Assembly (NCBI GenBank): GCA_043808785.1 | Contig: JAZDEL010000008.1 | Coordinates: forward strand, 30,001-62,000 | Direction: 5' to 3' | From: Candidatus Iainarchaeum sp. | GTDB lineage: Archaea > Iainarchaeota > Iainarchaeia > Iainarchaeales > JAZDEL01 | Length of the DNA: 32,000 bases | Part shown: piece by piece, positions 6,770 through 15,097 of the stretch | Layout: each line of letters begins with the position of its first letter | How positions within the stretch are numbered: position 1 is the stretch's first letter | The notes under the pieces: generated by a model | Databases searched by the model: none | Seen by the model: the letters and a program-made list of their open reading frames with translations, nothing else | What the model was told of the DNA's origin: nothing | Translations under genes and position numbers: made by a program

Positions 6770-7054
6770 CTAGTAATTTTCCCACCAAGGGCGCGGCTCG
6801 TCGGGCTTTTTGGTTTCTTTGGGAATACGTTCTTTGGGAATACGTTTAGTTGGCAAAACACCAGCTTTTGGCGTTTGACCCTTCCTACTTGCTTTTTCAA
6901 GGCGCACTCTGTGCGCATCTCTCAGCCAAGGCGGGTTGAACTTTTCGCCTTTTGGTTTTTTCTTAAAAACCCTCCAAGGCTTATTTTTGCTAGCTGGAGG
7001 TTGCGGGGCAACATTTGTTGCCGTTTTGCGCCTTTTAAAAAAGTTGAACGGCAT
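6770..7054 (-). CDS. Hypothetical highly basic protein (94 aa)
   Basis: MPFNFFKRRKTATN...KRIPKERIPKETKKPDEPRPWWENY. The promoter-like aaaggttatatatgc (rc of 7086-7100) lies about 32-46 nt upstream of the ATG at 7054. Confidence 0.4.
   Translation of the reverse strand: MPFNFFKRRKTATNVAPQPPASKNKPWRVFKKKPKGEKFNPPWLRDAHRVRLEKASRKGQTPKAGVLPTKRIPKERIPKETKKPDEPRPWWENY
6817..6846. repeat. Perfect 15-bp tandem duplication (ctttgggaatacgtt x2) inside the CDS
   Basis: Read directly from the sequence. It encodes the repeated IPKER pentapeptide. Confidence 0.95.
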
Positions 7055-7116
7055 AAGAACAACCCGCAATCAATATTGTGCGAGGGCATATATAACCTTT
7101 GTGGTGCGGTTCGCTT

Positions 7117-7214
7117 TGTAGAAATCCTCAAAACCAAAAAAACAAACCGCCGCAAACCAGCGGTTTGACAGGTTTTGCGAACCCGATTTTTGGGGTTTAT
7201 AAAGGATTTCTACA
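7117..7214. repeat. 12-bp perfect inverted repeat (tgtagaaatcct / aggatttctaca) enclosing an inner 8-bp-stem hairpin (caaaccgc...gcggtttg)
   Basis: The arms lie at 7117-7128 and 7203-7214 and the inner stem at 7143-7150 / 7160-7167. The structure sits between divergent genes. Confidence 0.8.
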
Positions 7215-7312
7215 GAGCCGGTGCGGTTTTGAGTGCCCGCATCATAACTGAGGGGGCCAGTGCACGGGAATATTTAAATACAGCCGCGGCGTTGTTCTTT
7301 TGGGGCTTTGGA

Positions 7313-7930
7313 ATGGTTGTCCGGAGCGGGGGAAGTTTTACAAGCAGGAAAGTTAGAACACGCTTCGAGCCCCCTGAAGTGCTCAAGGTAAAAAAAGGCG
7401 GCCTCGGCGGGTATTCGCACATCAGTGACGAGTACAAGATTACAAAAGAGGGGTTCAGAAAACATGCGCAAGAATTCCTGGAAAAAATACGGAACTACAA
7501 GGATTACAAGACGAATGCGATAGGGCTCCCAGTATGTGACACTGACCTTCATGGAATCTGGATGGATTTTTTTAGCAAAGTCATGAATTCGGCCAGCCTG
7601 AATGTATTGGATACTAAATTAATCTATCTGAATTTGCTCAGATATAAAATAGTTACGAAAGAAGAACTTGTCAAACTGCACAAGTCATATATCCTTGCCA
7701 AGTTTACCTCCCCAGAGTCCGAGCTAAAGAGAGAGGCTGGCCTTGAATTTCAGCTCCGAGAGGAGTTGAAAAAACCGCACTACCTGCGGAACACGGAGAC
7801 AATTCTAAAAACCCACCCAAAAATGGTGGCATTAAATGACCCGGCGGCTGACCTAAAGAGAATATTGGACTACCATCCAATAACTTGGATGAGCCCCAAA
7901 ATCAAGAAAGAAACAAGCAGGCGAAGATGA
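7313..7930 (+). CDS. Hypothetical protein (205 aa), AT-richer than its neighbours
   Basis: The ORF track start (7175) is non-ATG. The ATG at 7313 lies about 35 nt downstream of gaatatttaaatac (7268-7281). No family recognised. Confidence 0.5.
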   Translation: MVVRSGGSFTSRKVRTRFEPPEVLKVKKGGLGGYSHISDEYKITKEGFRKHAQEFLEKIRNYKDYKTNAIGLPVCDTDLHGIWMDFFSKVMNSASLNVLDTKLIYLNLLRYKIVTKEELVKLHKSYILAKFTSPESELKREAGLEFQLREELKKPHYLRNTETILKTHPKMVALNDPAADLKRILDYHPITWMSPKIKKETSRRR

Positions 7931-8126
7931 CGAAAAATGCCGCACCTTCACCTCGCTAGCGCCTTCTGCATCTGGCGCCCGCTTTCGCGCGCCGCGCGCA
8001 GCGTTTTCTTCGCAAGGCCGTCGTAAACAGAAACAAGAGCAAGGACTTCGGGATTTTCGAGGGTGGCGATAAGTTTTAATCATTTTCGTCAATTGTCTTA
8101 ATTATTGGTTAACCAAAAAACATAAT

Positions 8127-8151
8127 AAAACATAACATTTAATTATGTTTT
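8127..8151 (+). promoter_or_regulatory. Perfect 9-bp inverted repeat aaaacataa-N7-ttatgtttt overlapping the A/T promoter region of the TA operon; probable antitoxin operator
   Basis: Read directly. It lies about 27-51 nt upstream of the antitoxin ATG (8178), and a G-rich SD-like ggggggt is at 8166-8172. Confidence 0.55.
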
Positions 8152-8177
8152 GTTACATGAATCTGCGGGGGGTTTGA

Positions 8178-8420
8178 ATGGTGCAGGCACTTATAAATCT
8201 CGATGAGCGCCTTGACAGGGTGCTCACTATAGTAAAGGGCAAGTACGGCCTGAAAAACAAGTCCGAGGCGGTGAGCCTTATTGTCGAAAAATTCGAGCAG
8301 AACATTCTGGAGCCGGAACTGCGCCCGGAGTATAAGGAGGAACTGCTCAAAATAGACAAGGGCAAATTCAGGCATTACCCAAGCATTGAGGCGCTGAAAA
8401 GGGAGCTTGAAAATGCATGA
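8178..8420 (+). CDS. Type II antitoxin (RelB-like/RHH-type small archaeal antitoxin, 80 aa)
   Basis: MVQALINLDERLDRVLTIVKGKYGLKNKSEAVSLIVEKF... is immediately upstream of, and overlaps, a RelE-like toxin gene. Confidence 0.7.
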   Translation: MVQALINLDERLDRVLTIVKGKYGLKNKSEAVSLIVEKFEQNILEPELRPEYKEELLKIDKGKFRHYPSIEALKRELENA

Positions 8421-8685
8421 TTTCGACATCAGCGAAAAACTGCGCAGAATCCTGAAGAAGCTCTCTAAAAAGGACAGTGTGCGGCTTCAGGCAACGCTGA
8501 AAAAGATGGGGGAAATTCGCGCTGGCGAAAGCACGGAACACTACAAGAACCTTTCGTACGAAATGAAGGAATTCAAAAGGGTTCACATAGATTCGCATTT
8601 TGTGCTGGTCTTCAGGTTCGAAAGGGCAAACAAAAAAATATGGTTTGAAGACCTGCAGCACCACGACACTATTTACAAAAGATGA
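8413..8685 (+). CDS. relE: RelE/ParE family toxin (90 aa)
   Basis: ...YKNLSYEMKEFKRVHIDSHFVLVFRFERANKKIWFEDLQHHDTIYKR is the typical archaeal RelE C-terminal pattern. The ATG at 8413 overlaps the antitoxin stop by 8 nt. Confidence 0.8.
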   Translation: MHDFDISEKLRRILKKLSKKDSVRLQATLKKMGEIRAGESTEHYKNLSYEMKEFKRVHIDSHFVLVFRFERANKKIWFEDLQHHDTIYKR

Positions 8686-8774
8686 AACGCGTGGCTTTGC
8701 CGCATCAGAGGTGCTTCAGCATCTGCCCCATTGCGTAGGGGCGATCCGCGTGCTGCCTACAGCAGCACTGGCCT

Positions 8775-9962
8775 TCACAAGTGCTTTAACATTTTTTTCA
8801 TCAGCGCGGGCTTCTTGATGAAGCGTAGCCCTATCTTTGCCTTCATTCCGAGGTCGCCTTCGGCAAGCTTCAGCACTTCATCCCCCGTGAGGTTGTCCGC
8901 GATTGTTTCAAAGTCTTCGTCGGACATTTCCTCGAGCATGAGCCTGCGCTTCAGGCGCCCTTTAAGGTGCGTGCCGCGGGTTTCGTACCATTTTGAATTG
9001 TAAGGCGCGAGGGCTTTCTGCGAGAGGTCCTTCTTTTTCAGCGAATCGGAAATAACATCGGCGGCAATCTGCCCTGCTTCCATCACAATGCCCATTCCGC
9101 CGCCGTGAATAGGGTCGACCTGGTGCGCCGCGTCCCCCACAACAACCATGTTGTCCATAACCATGTTGTCCAAAAACCCGCCCACGGGAATTGCGCCCGC
9201 ATTTACGATTATTTTAGAGCCGTTCTCAAGGCCCTTGTGCGCTGCGATGAACTTGTCCAAATAATACCTCGCCTTTTTGGTTTGGTTTCCGCCTATCCCG
9301 ACCCCAACATTCGCCTCGTGCTTTCCTTTGGGAAACACCCAGCAATAACCCCTAGGGGCTATGTTGTTCCCGAAGAACAGCGTGATGAGGTCGGGGTCGT
9401 CGAAATCTATGCCCGCCATTTCATACTGGAACCCTGAATCAACGTCAACAAGGCTTATTTTCGTGTCCATGCCGAGCATGCGCGCAATCCTGCTTTCAAT
9501 TCCGTCGGCAGCGACAATTACCTTTGCGCGGTATTTCACGCTTTCGCCGAAATATTCCGCTGTAACATCGACCATTCCGTCCCTGCGCTTTGCGTCTATA
9601 ATCGGGCATTTCACGATTATTTTCGCGCCTTTTTTCGCTGCCCAGCGCGCGAGTTCCTTTTCGAAAATCCTGCGCTCGAGGACGTAGCCCGAGGTTTTTT
9701 TCGTGCGGAGTTCGACTTTCTTCCCTTTCGGCGTCCAGAGAGCGCCGCCGCGGATTTCGTTCACTGCCCACGCTTTATCGGGCTTTATGTTCAGGCGGTT
9801 GAACCATCCAAGGCCCAGGCCTTCCGCGCAGCGCACCGGCGCGCCGATTTCCTGCAGTTTCTCAAGGCATAAAACGCTTACTCCCTTCTCCGCGAGCTTC
9901 TGGGAGCACATCAGGCCTGCGGGGCCTCCGCCCGCGACAATTACATCGTATTCCTCGACCAT
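8775..9962 (-). CDS. Geranylgeranyl reductase family FAD-dependent oxidoreductase (digeranylgeranylglycerophospholipid reductase-like)
   Basis: Carries the dinucleotide fold YDVIVAGGGPAGLMCSQKLAEKGVSVLCLEK, plus ...RCAEGLG... and ...VGDAAHQVDPIHGGGMG... An alternative upstream ATG is at 9983. Confidence 0.9.
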   Translation of the reverse strand: MVEEYDVIVAGGGPAGLMCSQKLAEKGVSVLCLEKLQEIGAPVRCAEGLGLGWFNRLNIKPDKAWAVNEIRGGALWTPKGKKVELRTKKTSGYVLERRIFEKELARWAAKKGAKIIVKCPIIDAKRRDGMVDVTAEYFGESVKYRAKVIVAADGIESRIARMLGMDTKISLVDVDSGFQYEMAGIDFDDPDLITLFFGNNIAPRGYCWVFPKGKHEANVGVGIGGNQTKKARYYLDKFIAAHKGLENGSKIIVNAGAIPVGGFLDNMVMDNMVVVGDAAHQVDPIHGGGMGIVMEAGQIAADVISDSLKKKDLSQKALAPYNSKWYETRGTHLKGRLKRRLMLEEMSDEDFETIADNLTGDEVLKLAEGDLGMKAKIGLRFIKKPALMKKMLKHL

Positions 9963-10027
9963 CAGAAAGCACCCCTTGCGCACAATTCTTCAGCCATGTG
10001 TTCACCTTGCGCTTTCGCATCATTTTT

Positions 10028-10219
10028 TCAGCATTGCCTCAACCGCACCCATACCTTCCGCATTGCCTCGACAGGGCAAATGAGGATGCAGGAGCCGCAT
10101 TCGATGCATTTTTTAGCGTCGATTTCGATGCGGGTTTCGTTAAGCGTTATCGCCGCCTTCGGGCACACCCCGACACATCCGCCGCAGTAGCAGCACTTCT
10201 TCGGGTCGTTCACAATCAT
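10028..10219 (-). CDS. 2x[4Fe-4S] ferredoxin (63 aa)
   Basis: Two Cys clusters are present: CCYCGGCVGVCP and CIECGSCILICP. It is directly upstream of and co-oriented with GGR, an arrangement known from Methanosarcina, where the ferredoxin donates electrons to GGR. Confidence 0.85.
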   Translation of the reverse strand: MIVNDPKKCCYCGGCVGVCPKAAITLNETRIEIDAKKCIECGSCILICPVEAMRKVWVRLRQC

Positions 10220-10379
10220 TTTCGCGCCTTCAGAATTTTTGGGCGGCTCACAACCATCGTTTCGCCTTCATGAATGGGGGCTGGTAAATTTTAAAAAGCG
10301 GTTTGTTGGCACACACGGCAGATTAGGCTAAGGAAGTTATTTATATGACTGACGCCTATCCTTTATCGGGGCCTTGACA

Positions 10380-10940
10380 ATGCGCTGGCGCAGAGAGAAA
10401 AATCCGCTTCTGGAGGAAGGTGCCTTTAGAAAAGGCGGGTTTTCGGACGCTTTTTTCCTGCATAAAAACGGCTCCGGCGGCAAACCTACCGCGTTCATGA
10501 CGCGTTTGAAAGAACTTTCAATCAAACACGGCGAAGAGCCGGCAGCACTTGCCCAGCAGTACTATGTCGCGGCAAAAGAGGCGGGGCAACCCTGCCATGG
10601 AAGAGAACTTGCGGGGGCATTGTTAATTTCAGTTTTCCGCAAAAATCCCGCATTGCTCCAGGAATGTGCCGGCATCCTGGAAAAAAGATATTCTCTGAAA
10701 AGAAAGGAAGTACACGGCAAGTTTGAATCCCAAAAGGCACTGAGGCTTGAAAATCATTTTGCGCTGGCAGCATCCTATTGCAAAAAGATTGCAAATTCAA
10801 AGATTGAGGCCAAAAAATTCATAGGCATGGCATCAGGGTTTTCCAAACTTATAGGCGCTGAAGAGAAGGTGAAGGAACTGGTGAGCGACCCTGAATTTGT
10901 AGAGCGCATGAAAGCGTATTTTGGGGGCAAATTCAAATGA
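10380..10940 (+). CDS. Hypothetical protein (186 aa)
   Basis: The ATG at 10380 lies about 35 nt after agttatttatatg (10334-10346). The all-helical sequence gives a weak cyclin/TFB-repeat-like impression (AAKEAGQPCHGRELAGALLISVF) that I cannot support further. Confidence 0.5.
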   Translation: MRWRREKNPLLEEGAFRKGGFSDAFFLHKNGSGGKPTAFMTRLKELSIKHGEEPAALAQQYYVAAKEAGQPCHGRELAGALLISVFRKNPALLQECAGILEKRYSLKRKEVHGKFESQKALRLENHFALAASYCKKIANSKIEAKKFIGMASGFSKLIGAEEKVKELVSDPEFVERMKAYFGGKFK

Positions 10941-11034
10941 GTTTTACCGCCTCACTCATTTACTGCCTGGAGAACATCCTGAAGAGACATACAGGCGACT
11001 GATTGCTCAGTTCCCGGCGCGGCGCGTAAAAAAC

Positions 11035-11080
11035 AAAAACCCCCGCTGGTTTTTTGCAGGTTGCTGTGCGGGGGTTTTTT
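11035..11080 (+). terminator. Stem aaaaacccccgc ... gcgggggttttt with a trailing T-run
   Basis: The arms lie at 11035-11046 and 11068-11080, downstream of the 10380..10940 gene. Confidence 0.5.
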
Positions 11081-11156
11081 GCCGTGCCGCAAAAAACCGC
11101 AACCTTTTTAAAAAGCACCATGTGCTACATAGTAATACCGCTGCGGGGGATGGAGA

Positions 11157-11453
11157 ATGGAGCATGTAAGCATAAAACTCGAATCAGGCATTGCGAAGCA
11201 GATTGAGAAGGGAATGCGCGAGTTCAATTATACGACCAAAACCGAGTTCATAAGGGACGCGATAAGGGCGAAACTGAAGGAAATGGACGGGGAGCGCAAA
11301 AAGAATAAGGCGTGGGACGCGCTGTTTGCGGCGAAAGGAATCTTCAAAGGAAAGGGCAGGACGCGGACAGACGAGGAATGGCATGCCTGGCGCAAGGAAT
11401 ACGGGGAGCAGCTTGTAAAGGAACTTGCTGAAAAGCACGGGCTTAAGGCTTAA
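11157..11453 (+). CDS. Ribbon-helix-helix (CopG/VapB-like) protein (98 aa)
   Basis: MEHVSIKLESGIAKQIEKGMREFNYTTKTEFIRDAIRAKLKE shows the RHH beta-strand plus helix pattern. Confidence 0.75.
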   Translation: MEHVSIKLESGIAKQIEKGMREFNYTTKTEFIRDAIRAKLKEMDGERKKNKAWDALFAAKGIFKGKGRTRTDEEWHAWRKEYGEQLVKELAEKHGLKA

Positions 11454-11866
11454 TCGATTTCCTCGGGCAGGGAGCAATCGGCGATTTTTATTTCCCGAAA
11501 ATGCCAGTCCCTGCACACAAGCACTGCACCGCAATCCCTTGCGATAACCGAATGCAGCACATCGGAAAACGGAAACTCCTTTCCGGTTTTTTCCCAGAAT
11601 GAACGTGCCTCGGAAAGCTGCGTTTCGGAATAACCAACCTTCACAATTATATCAATAAATGAGGAAAAAACCTGCCCGACTCTCTCCGCAGAATAATGGT
11701 TCAAAAGCTCCTTTTCGACAATCGGGGAAACGAGCACAATGTGCTTCTCCCTCCTGCACATTTTAAGGAACTGAAACGCAAGGTCGCCGAGCGGACGGAT
11801 GCAGTTCTTCCTGTCCTCGAAATAATCGCGCCAGACCGAGGTGTCGAGGTAGAATTTACGCTGCAT
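11450..11866 (-). CDS. PIN domain protein (VapC-like, 138 aa)
   Basis: The N-terminal FYLDTSVW acidic motif, the central VSPIVEKEL and the C-terminal ...ARDCGAVLVCRD give a PIN-like distribution of acidic residues. Confidence 0.75.
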   Translation of the reverse strand: MQRKFYLDTSVWRDYFEDRKNCIRPLGDLAFQFLKMCRREKHIVLVSPIVEKELLNHYSAERVGQVFSSFIDIIVKVGYSETQLSEARSFWEKTGKEFPFSDVLHSVIARDCGAVLVCRDWHFREIKIADCSLPEEID

Positions 11867-12003
11867 AAATAAGCAAACCTTTGGCGGGTTTAAAAACTCA
11901 CGCAGGGTTCATTTCCGGTGCGCGGGTTTTTTGCACAATGCGAACCCGCACGAGAAAAACCAACCAATTTAATTGGTTCGCAGCAAGGTATTTTTCGGTA
12001 AGC

Positions 12004-13257
12004 ATGCACCCGTCGCTTGAGATTGAAGGAAGCGCAAGCAAACGCCTGCGCGGGAAGCGCGTTGTGCTCGCGCTGACGGGCAGCGTTGCGCTTGTGAAAG
12101 GGTTTGAAATCTGCAGGGAACTGATGCGCAGGGGGGCGCAGGTGCAGGTCGTTATGAGCGAAGCCGCACAAAAATTGGTAAGCGCGGAGATGATGCATTA
12201 CGCATCGGGGCGTAAACCCATAACGGAAATTACGGGAAGGGTCGAACACGTTGAGTGGTTCGGGAAGAAGGGGAAGGGGGACCTTTTGCTCATTGCGCCC
12301 GCCACTGCAAACACGATAAGCAAAATCGCGCTTGGCATTGATGACACGCCCGTAACCACGTTCGCAACAACCGCGATAGGTTCCGGAAAACCCGTAATTC
12401 TTGTTCCCGCGATGCATGAATCGATGTACAACCACGCAGTGGTAAAAAAGAACCTGAAAACCCTCGCGCGCAGGGGGGTTTTGGTTATGGAACCATTGGT
12501 GCAGGAGGGCAAGGCTAAGCTTGCGGGCGTGGGGGATATAGTGCTTGAGGGCGAGAGGGCGCTGCTGCGCTGCGGAACCTGCCGCGGAAGGCGCGGCAAA
12601 CGCGCGGGCTCGCGCGTGAAGGGCACGCTTGAAGGCGCAAAGGTTGTTGTAAGCGCAGGCACGACTTACGAAAGCATCGACCCCGTGCGCGTGATTGCCA
12701 CGCGCGCCTCGGGGAAAACGGGTTTGGAAATCGCGAGGGAGGCGTACAGGCGCGGTGCGGAGGTTACTCTTCTGCATAACCATAACAGCGCGGAAGCGGG
12801 AATAAAACAGGTTACGTTCTCATCCGCGCGGGAAATGAAAAACGCGCTCATGAAGGAACTGAAAGGGGCGGATTATTTTGTTTCAAGCGCCGCGGTGGGG
12901 GATTTCACAATTGCGGGCAAAGGGAGCAAAGAAAAAATAAAATCGGGTTCAGCCCTTACCCTCGCGCTGAAGCCGAACGAGAAAATAATTTCGGGCGTGC
13001 GGAAAAAATTCCCTAAATTGTTCATTGCCGGGTTCAAGGCGGAAACGAACAAAACGAAAAATCAGATGCTCGCAATTTGCAGCGGGTTCATGCGCACGAA
13101 CGGCCTGCAGATGGTTGTGGGGAACGATATCGCAAGGGGCGGGATGGGGACGGAAACGAACAGCGTTGTTATCGTCCGCCAGAACGCCAAACCCGTGCGG
13201 GTTTCGGGGAAAAAGGAAAAAATCGCGGAAAAAATCGTCCTGCAGATGGCGCGCTAG
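12004..13257 (+). CDS. coaBC: Bifunctional phosphopantothenoylcysteine decarboxylase / phosphopantothenate-cysteine ligase
   Basis: The flavoprotein part is KRVVLALTGSVALVKGFEICRELMRRGAQVQVVMSEAA...LLLIAPATANTISKIALGIDDTPV. The DFP ligase part is VVVSAGTTYESIDPVRVIATRASGKTG. The ATG at 12004 lies about 30 nt after the palindromic A/T box aaccaatttaattggtt. Confidence 0.9.
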   Translation: MHPSLEIEGSASKRLRGKRVVLALTGSVALVKGFEICRELMRRGAQVQVVMSEAAQKLVSAEMMHYASGRKPITEITGRVEHVEWFGKKGKGDLLLIAPATANTISKIALGIDDTPVTTFATTAIGSGKPVILVPAMHESMYNHAVVKKNLKTLARRGVLVMEPLVQEGKAKLAGVGDIVLEGERALLRCGTCRGRRGKRAGSRVKGTLEGAKVVVSAGTTYESIDPVRVIATRASGKTGLEIAREAYRRGAEVTLLHNHNSAEAGIKQVTFSSAREMKNALMKELKGADYFVSSAAVGDFTIAGKGSKEKIKSGSALTLALKPNEKIISGVRKKFPKLFIAGFKAETNKTKNQMLAICSGFMRTNGLQMVVGNDIARGGMGTETNSVVIVRQNAKPVRVSGKKEKIAEKIVLQMAR

Positions 13258-13400
13258 AGTTTCTTCGAAACAGGGTAGCCGTCATTTATCGTGAAGCTGT
13301 GCCTTGCGTCCGCGGTGCACACGAAAACGCCGTCTTTCGCTTCCTTCAGCGGAACGGTGCAGAAGCTTTTGCCGTAGCACTTGGGGCAGAAATGTCTCAT
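13254..13400 (-). CDS. Small Cys-containing (zinc-ribbon-like) protein, 48 aa
   Basis: MRHFCPKCYGKSFCTVPLKEAKDGVFVCTADARHSFTINDGYPVSKKL. It is below the ORF-track cutoff. tgtttaaatcttc (rc of 13429-13441) lies about 30-40 nt upstream. Its 3' end overlaps the coaBC stop by 4 nt. Confidence 0.45.
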   Translation of the reverse strand: MRHFCPKCYGKSFCTVPLKEAKDGVFVCTADARHSFTINDGYPVSKKL

Positions 13401-13503
13401 GGGAATCACCCACCTATACTCCTGGCGAAGATTTAAACATCCATCGTTGGGGGGTGATGCGGGTTTTTGCGGTTTCGGGCACAGGGCACGGGTTTTCCGT
13501 TGC

Positions 13504-14706
13504 TCAGCCCTTCAGCACTTCCAGGCCCGGCAGTTTTTCGCCGGAGAGGTATTCGAGCAGCGCCTTTCCCGCGAGGGAGACGAAATCGAAATCGGAGGGG
13601 AGCAGGCCTATTGCAGACAAGGCCTTTTCGGTGTCCCCGCCCCCCACGATGCTGAAGGTGCGCGAGAACGCAACTGCCTCAAGAACCTTCTGCGTGCCTA
13701 TGCCGAACTGCTTCTCCTCGTATTTCCCCATGGGGCCGTTGAATATCACGAGGCTGCTTGCGCGGATTTTCGCCTTGAACTGCCCGTATGTCTGCTTGCC
13801 TATGTCGAATGTGCTCAATGTCGAGGGAAGTGCGGAAAGCGGTATTTCCCTGCGTTTGCCCTTTTCGGAAACCGCGAAATCAACGGGGAGGGAAATTTTC
13901 CTGCCGAACTTGTCGAGGATTTTCTTTGCCTTCGGCTTCAGTTCGGAAAACCCGTTCCCCTCGAAAAACTTGTCCTTCTCCCCCAGCCTCACGCCGCGCG
14001 CCCAGAGGAAAAGTTCGCCGAAAATGCCGCCAAGAACTGCCTCATCCGCCCTTTTGGTTTCGAGCATTTTCTCGAGCACCGCAATGCTGTCCTTCGGCTT
14101 CGCCCCGCCCAGGACAAGGAGGCGTTTGCCCTTTGCCGCATTGAGGCCGGAAAGGGCTTCGAGTTCCTTCAGGAGATAGCAGCCGGCGTAGCAGGGCATG
14201 CGCTTTGAAAAGCCGACAACTGTTGCATGCTGGCGGTGGCAGATGCTCAGCGCGTCCTGCACGAACAAATCGCCGAGGGGCGCGAGTTCGGAAATCAATT
14301 TTCCTTTCGCGTGCTCAGCAGCGGTTTTCTCCTCCATCTCCTCCTCCCTGAAGCGCACGTTCTCGAGGAGCAAAACCTGCCCGTCCTGCATTTTTTTTAT
14401 TTCCGATGCATAATCCGAATCCCATGTGCAGAATTTTACCTCGCGGCTCAGGAGCTTCGCAAGCTTCTCCCCGTGCCTTTTCAGGGAGATGAACCCCTCT
14501 TCGCCGGGGCGCGCCTGGTGCGAGAGGACAACGGTTTTTGCGCCCTCCTCCGAGAGGTAGTAAATGGTTTTCGCGTGCTCCCTTATCCTCGCGCCCATAA
14601 GCACGCGCCCCTCGACAACGGGGCTGTTCAGGTCAACGCGGAGGAAAACGGTTTTGCCTTTTACGTTCACGTCGTAAATCGATTTGCAGCCGAGAACCGA
14701 GGGCAT
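13504..14706 (-). CDS. pgk: Phosphoglycerate kinase (archaeal type)
   Basis: KTVFLRVDLNSPV...RIREHAKTIYYLSEEGAKTVVLSHQARPGE...VGGGDT... is co-linear with PGK. Confidence 0.92.
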   Translation of the reverse strand: MPSVLGCKSIYDVNVKGKTVFLRVDLNSPVVEGRVLMGARIREHAKTIYYLSEEGAKTVVLSHQARPGEEGFISLKRHGEKLAKLLSREVKFCTWDSDYASEIKKMQDGQVLLLENVRFREEEMEEKTAAEHAKGKLISELAPLGDLFVQDALSICHRQHATVVGFSKRMPCYAGCYLLKELEALSGLNAAKGKRLLVLGGAKPKDSIAVLEKMLETKRADEAVLGGIFGELFLWARGVRLGEKDKFFEGNGFSELKPKAKKILDKFGRKISLPVDFAVSEKGKRREIPLSALPSTLSTFDIGKQTYGQFKAKIRASSLVIFNGPMGKYEEKQFGIGTQKVLEAVAFSRTFSIVGGGDTEKALSAIGLLPSDFDFVSLAGKALLEYLSGEKLPGLEVLKG

Positions 14707-14729
14707 GAAAACACCGACAGAATTTAGTG

Positions 14730-14751
14730 GGGAAGGGTTAAATATATAACC
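14730..14751 (-). promoter_or_regulatory. BRE/TATA-type promoter box gggaagggttaaatatataacc (near-palindromic core) upstream of pgk
   Basis: The core ggttaaatatataacc lies about 30-45 nt from the pgk ATG (14706). An identical 22-mer recurs at 16468-16489. Confidence 0.6.
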
Positions 14752-14762
14752 ACGCGCATGGA

Positions 14763-15074
14763 TTATTCGACAGCCTGTTTGCCATGCACAGCCCTAAGGT
14801 TCTGGTTCTTCTTTATTGCATCTAACACCTTCTTGCTCCGCATAGCCACAATCCTGCGCTCTATTGCGCTTGGCGCATCCCTAAATCCTTTGGCACGCTG
14901 GATAGCCAAGGCAACATCTCCCGGTCCAAGGCCCGCTTCCTTCGCATACTCAAGGCTTTTCTCCAGACGGGCGACGACATTCCGTGTATTTTTTAATCCC
15001 TTAGATTTGCTCGCAACTCCATAATCTGGCCTGCGAATTGAAGGCAGCCCGAGGAGCGCAAGTTTTTGCTCCAA
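14763..15074 (-). CDS. Hypothetical protein (103 aa)
   Basis: An ATG-initiated ORF 24 nt downstream of, and co-oriented with, 15098..15643. It is helical and basic. No family recognised. Confidence 0.5.
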   Translation of the reverse strand: MEQKLALLGLPSIRRPDYGVASKSKGLKNTRNVVARLEKSLEYAKEAGLGPGDVALAIQRAKGFRDAPSAIERRIVAMRSKKVLDAIKKNQNLRAVHGKQAVE

Positions 15075-15097
15075 GAAACTGGTGGTTTTTGCCGGGT

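Noticed and set aside
7948-8079. 43-codon open frame on the minus strand (LKLIATLENPEVLALVSVYDGLAKKTLRAARESGRQMQKALAR), plus the listed 7853..8092 ORF in another frame
   Set aside because: The protein-like frame has no ATG/GTG/TTG start and an in-frame stop immediately upstream, so it may be a gene remnant that cannot be called. The listed 79-aa ORF overlaps the 3' end of 7313..7930 and looks like noise.
10380-10940. Possible stand-alone TFB/cyclin-like repeat protein
   Set aside because: The resemblance rests on a short helix pattern only (…AAKEAGQPCHGRELAGALLISVF…). There is no zinc ribbon or B-reader, so this is insufficient evidence.
11890-12783. 297-aa minus-strand ORF, and 12198..12662
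   Set aside because: Both are antisense shadows of coaBC.
13304-14208. 291-aa and 275-aa plus-strand ORFs
   Set aside because: Both are antisense shadows of pgk. Their Ser/Pro/Arg-rich translations show no motifs.
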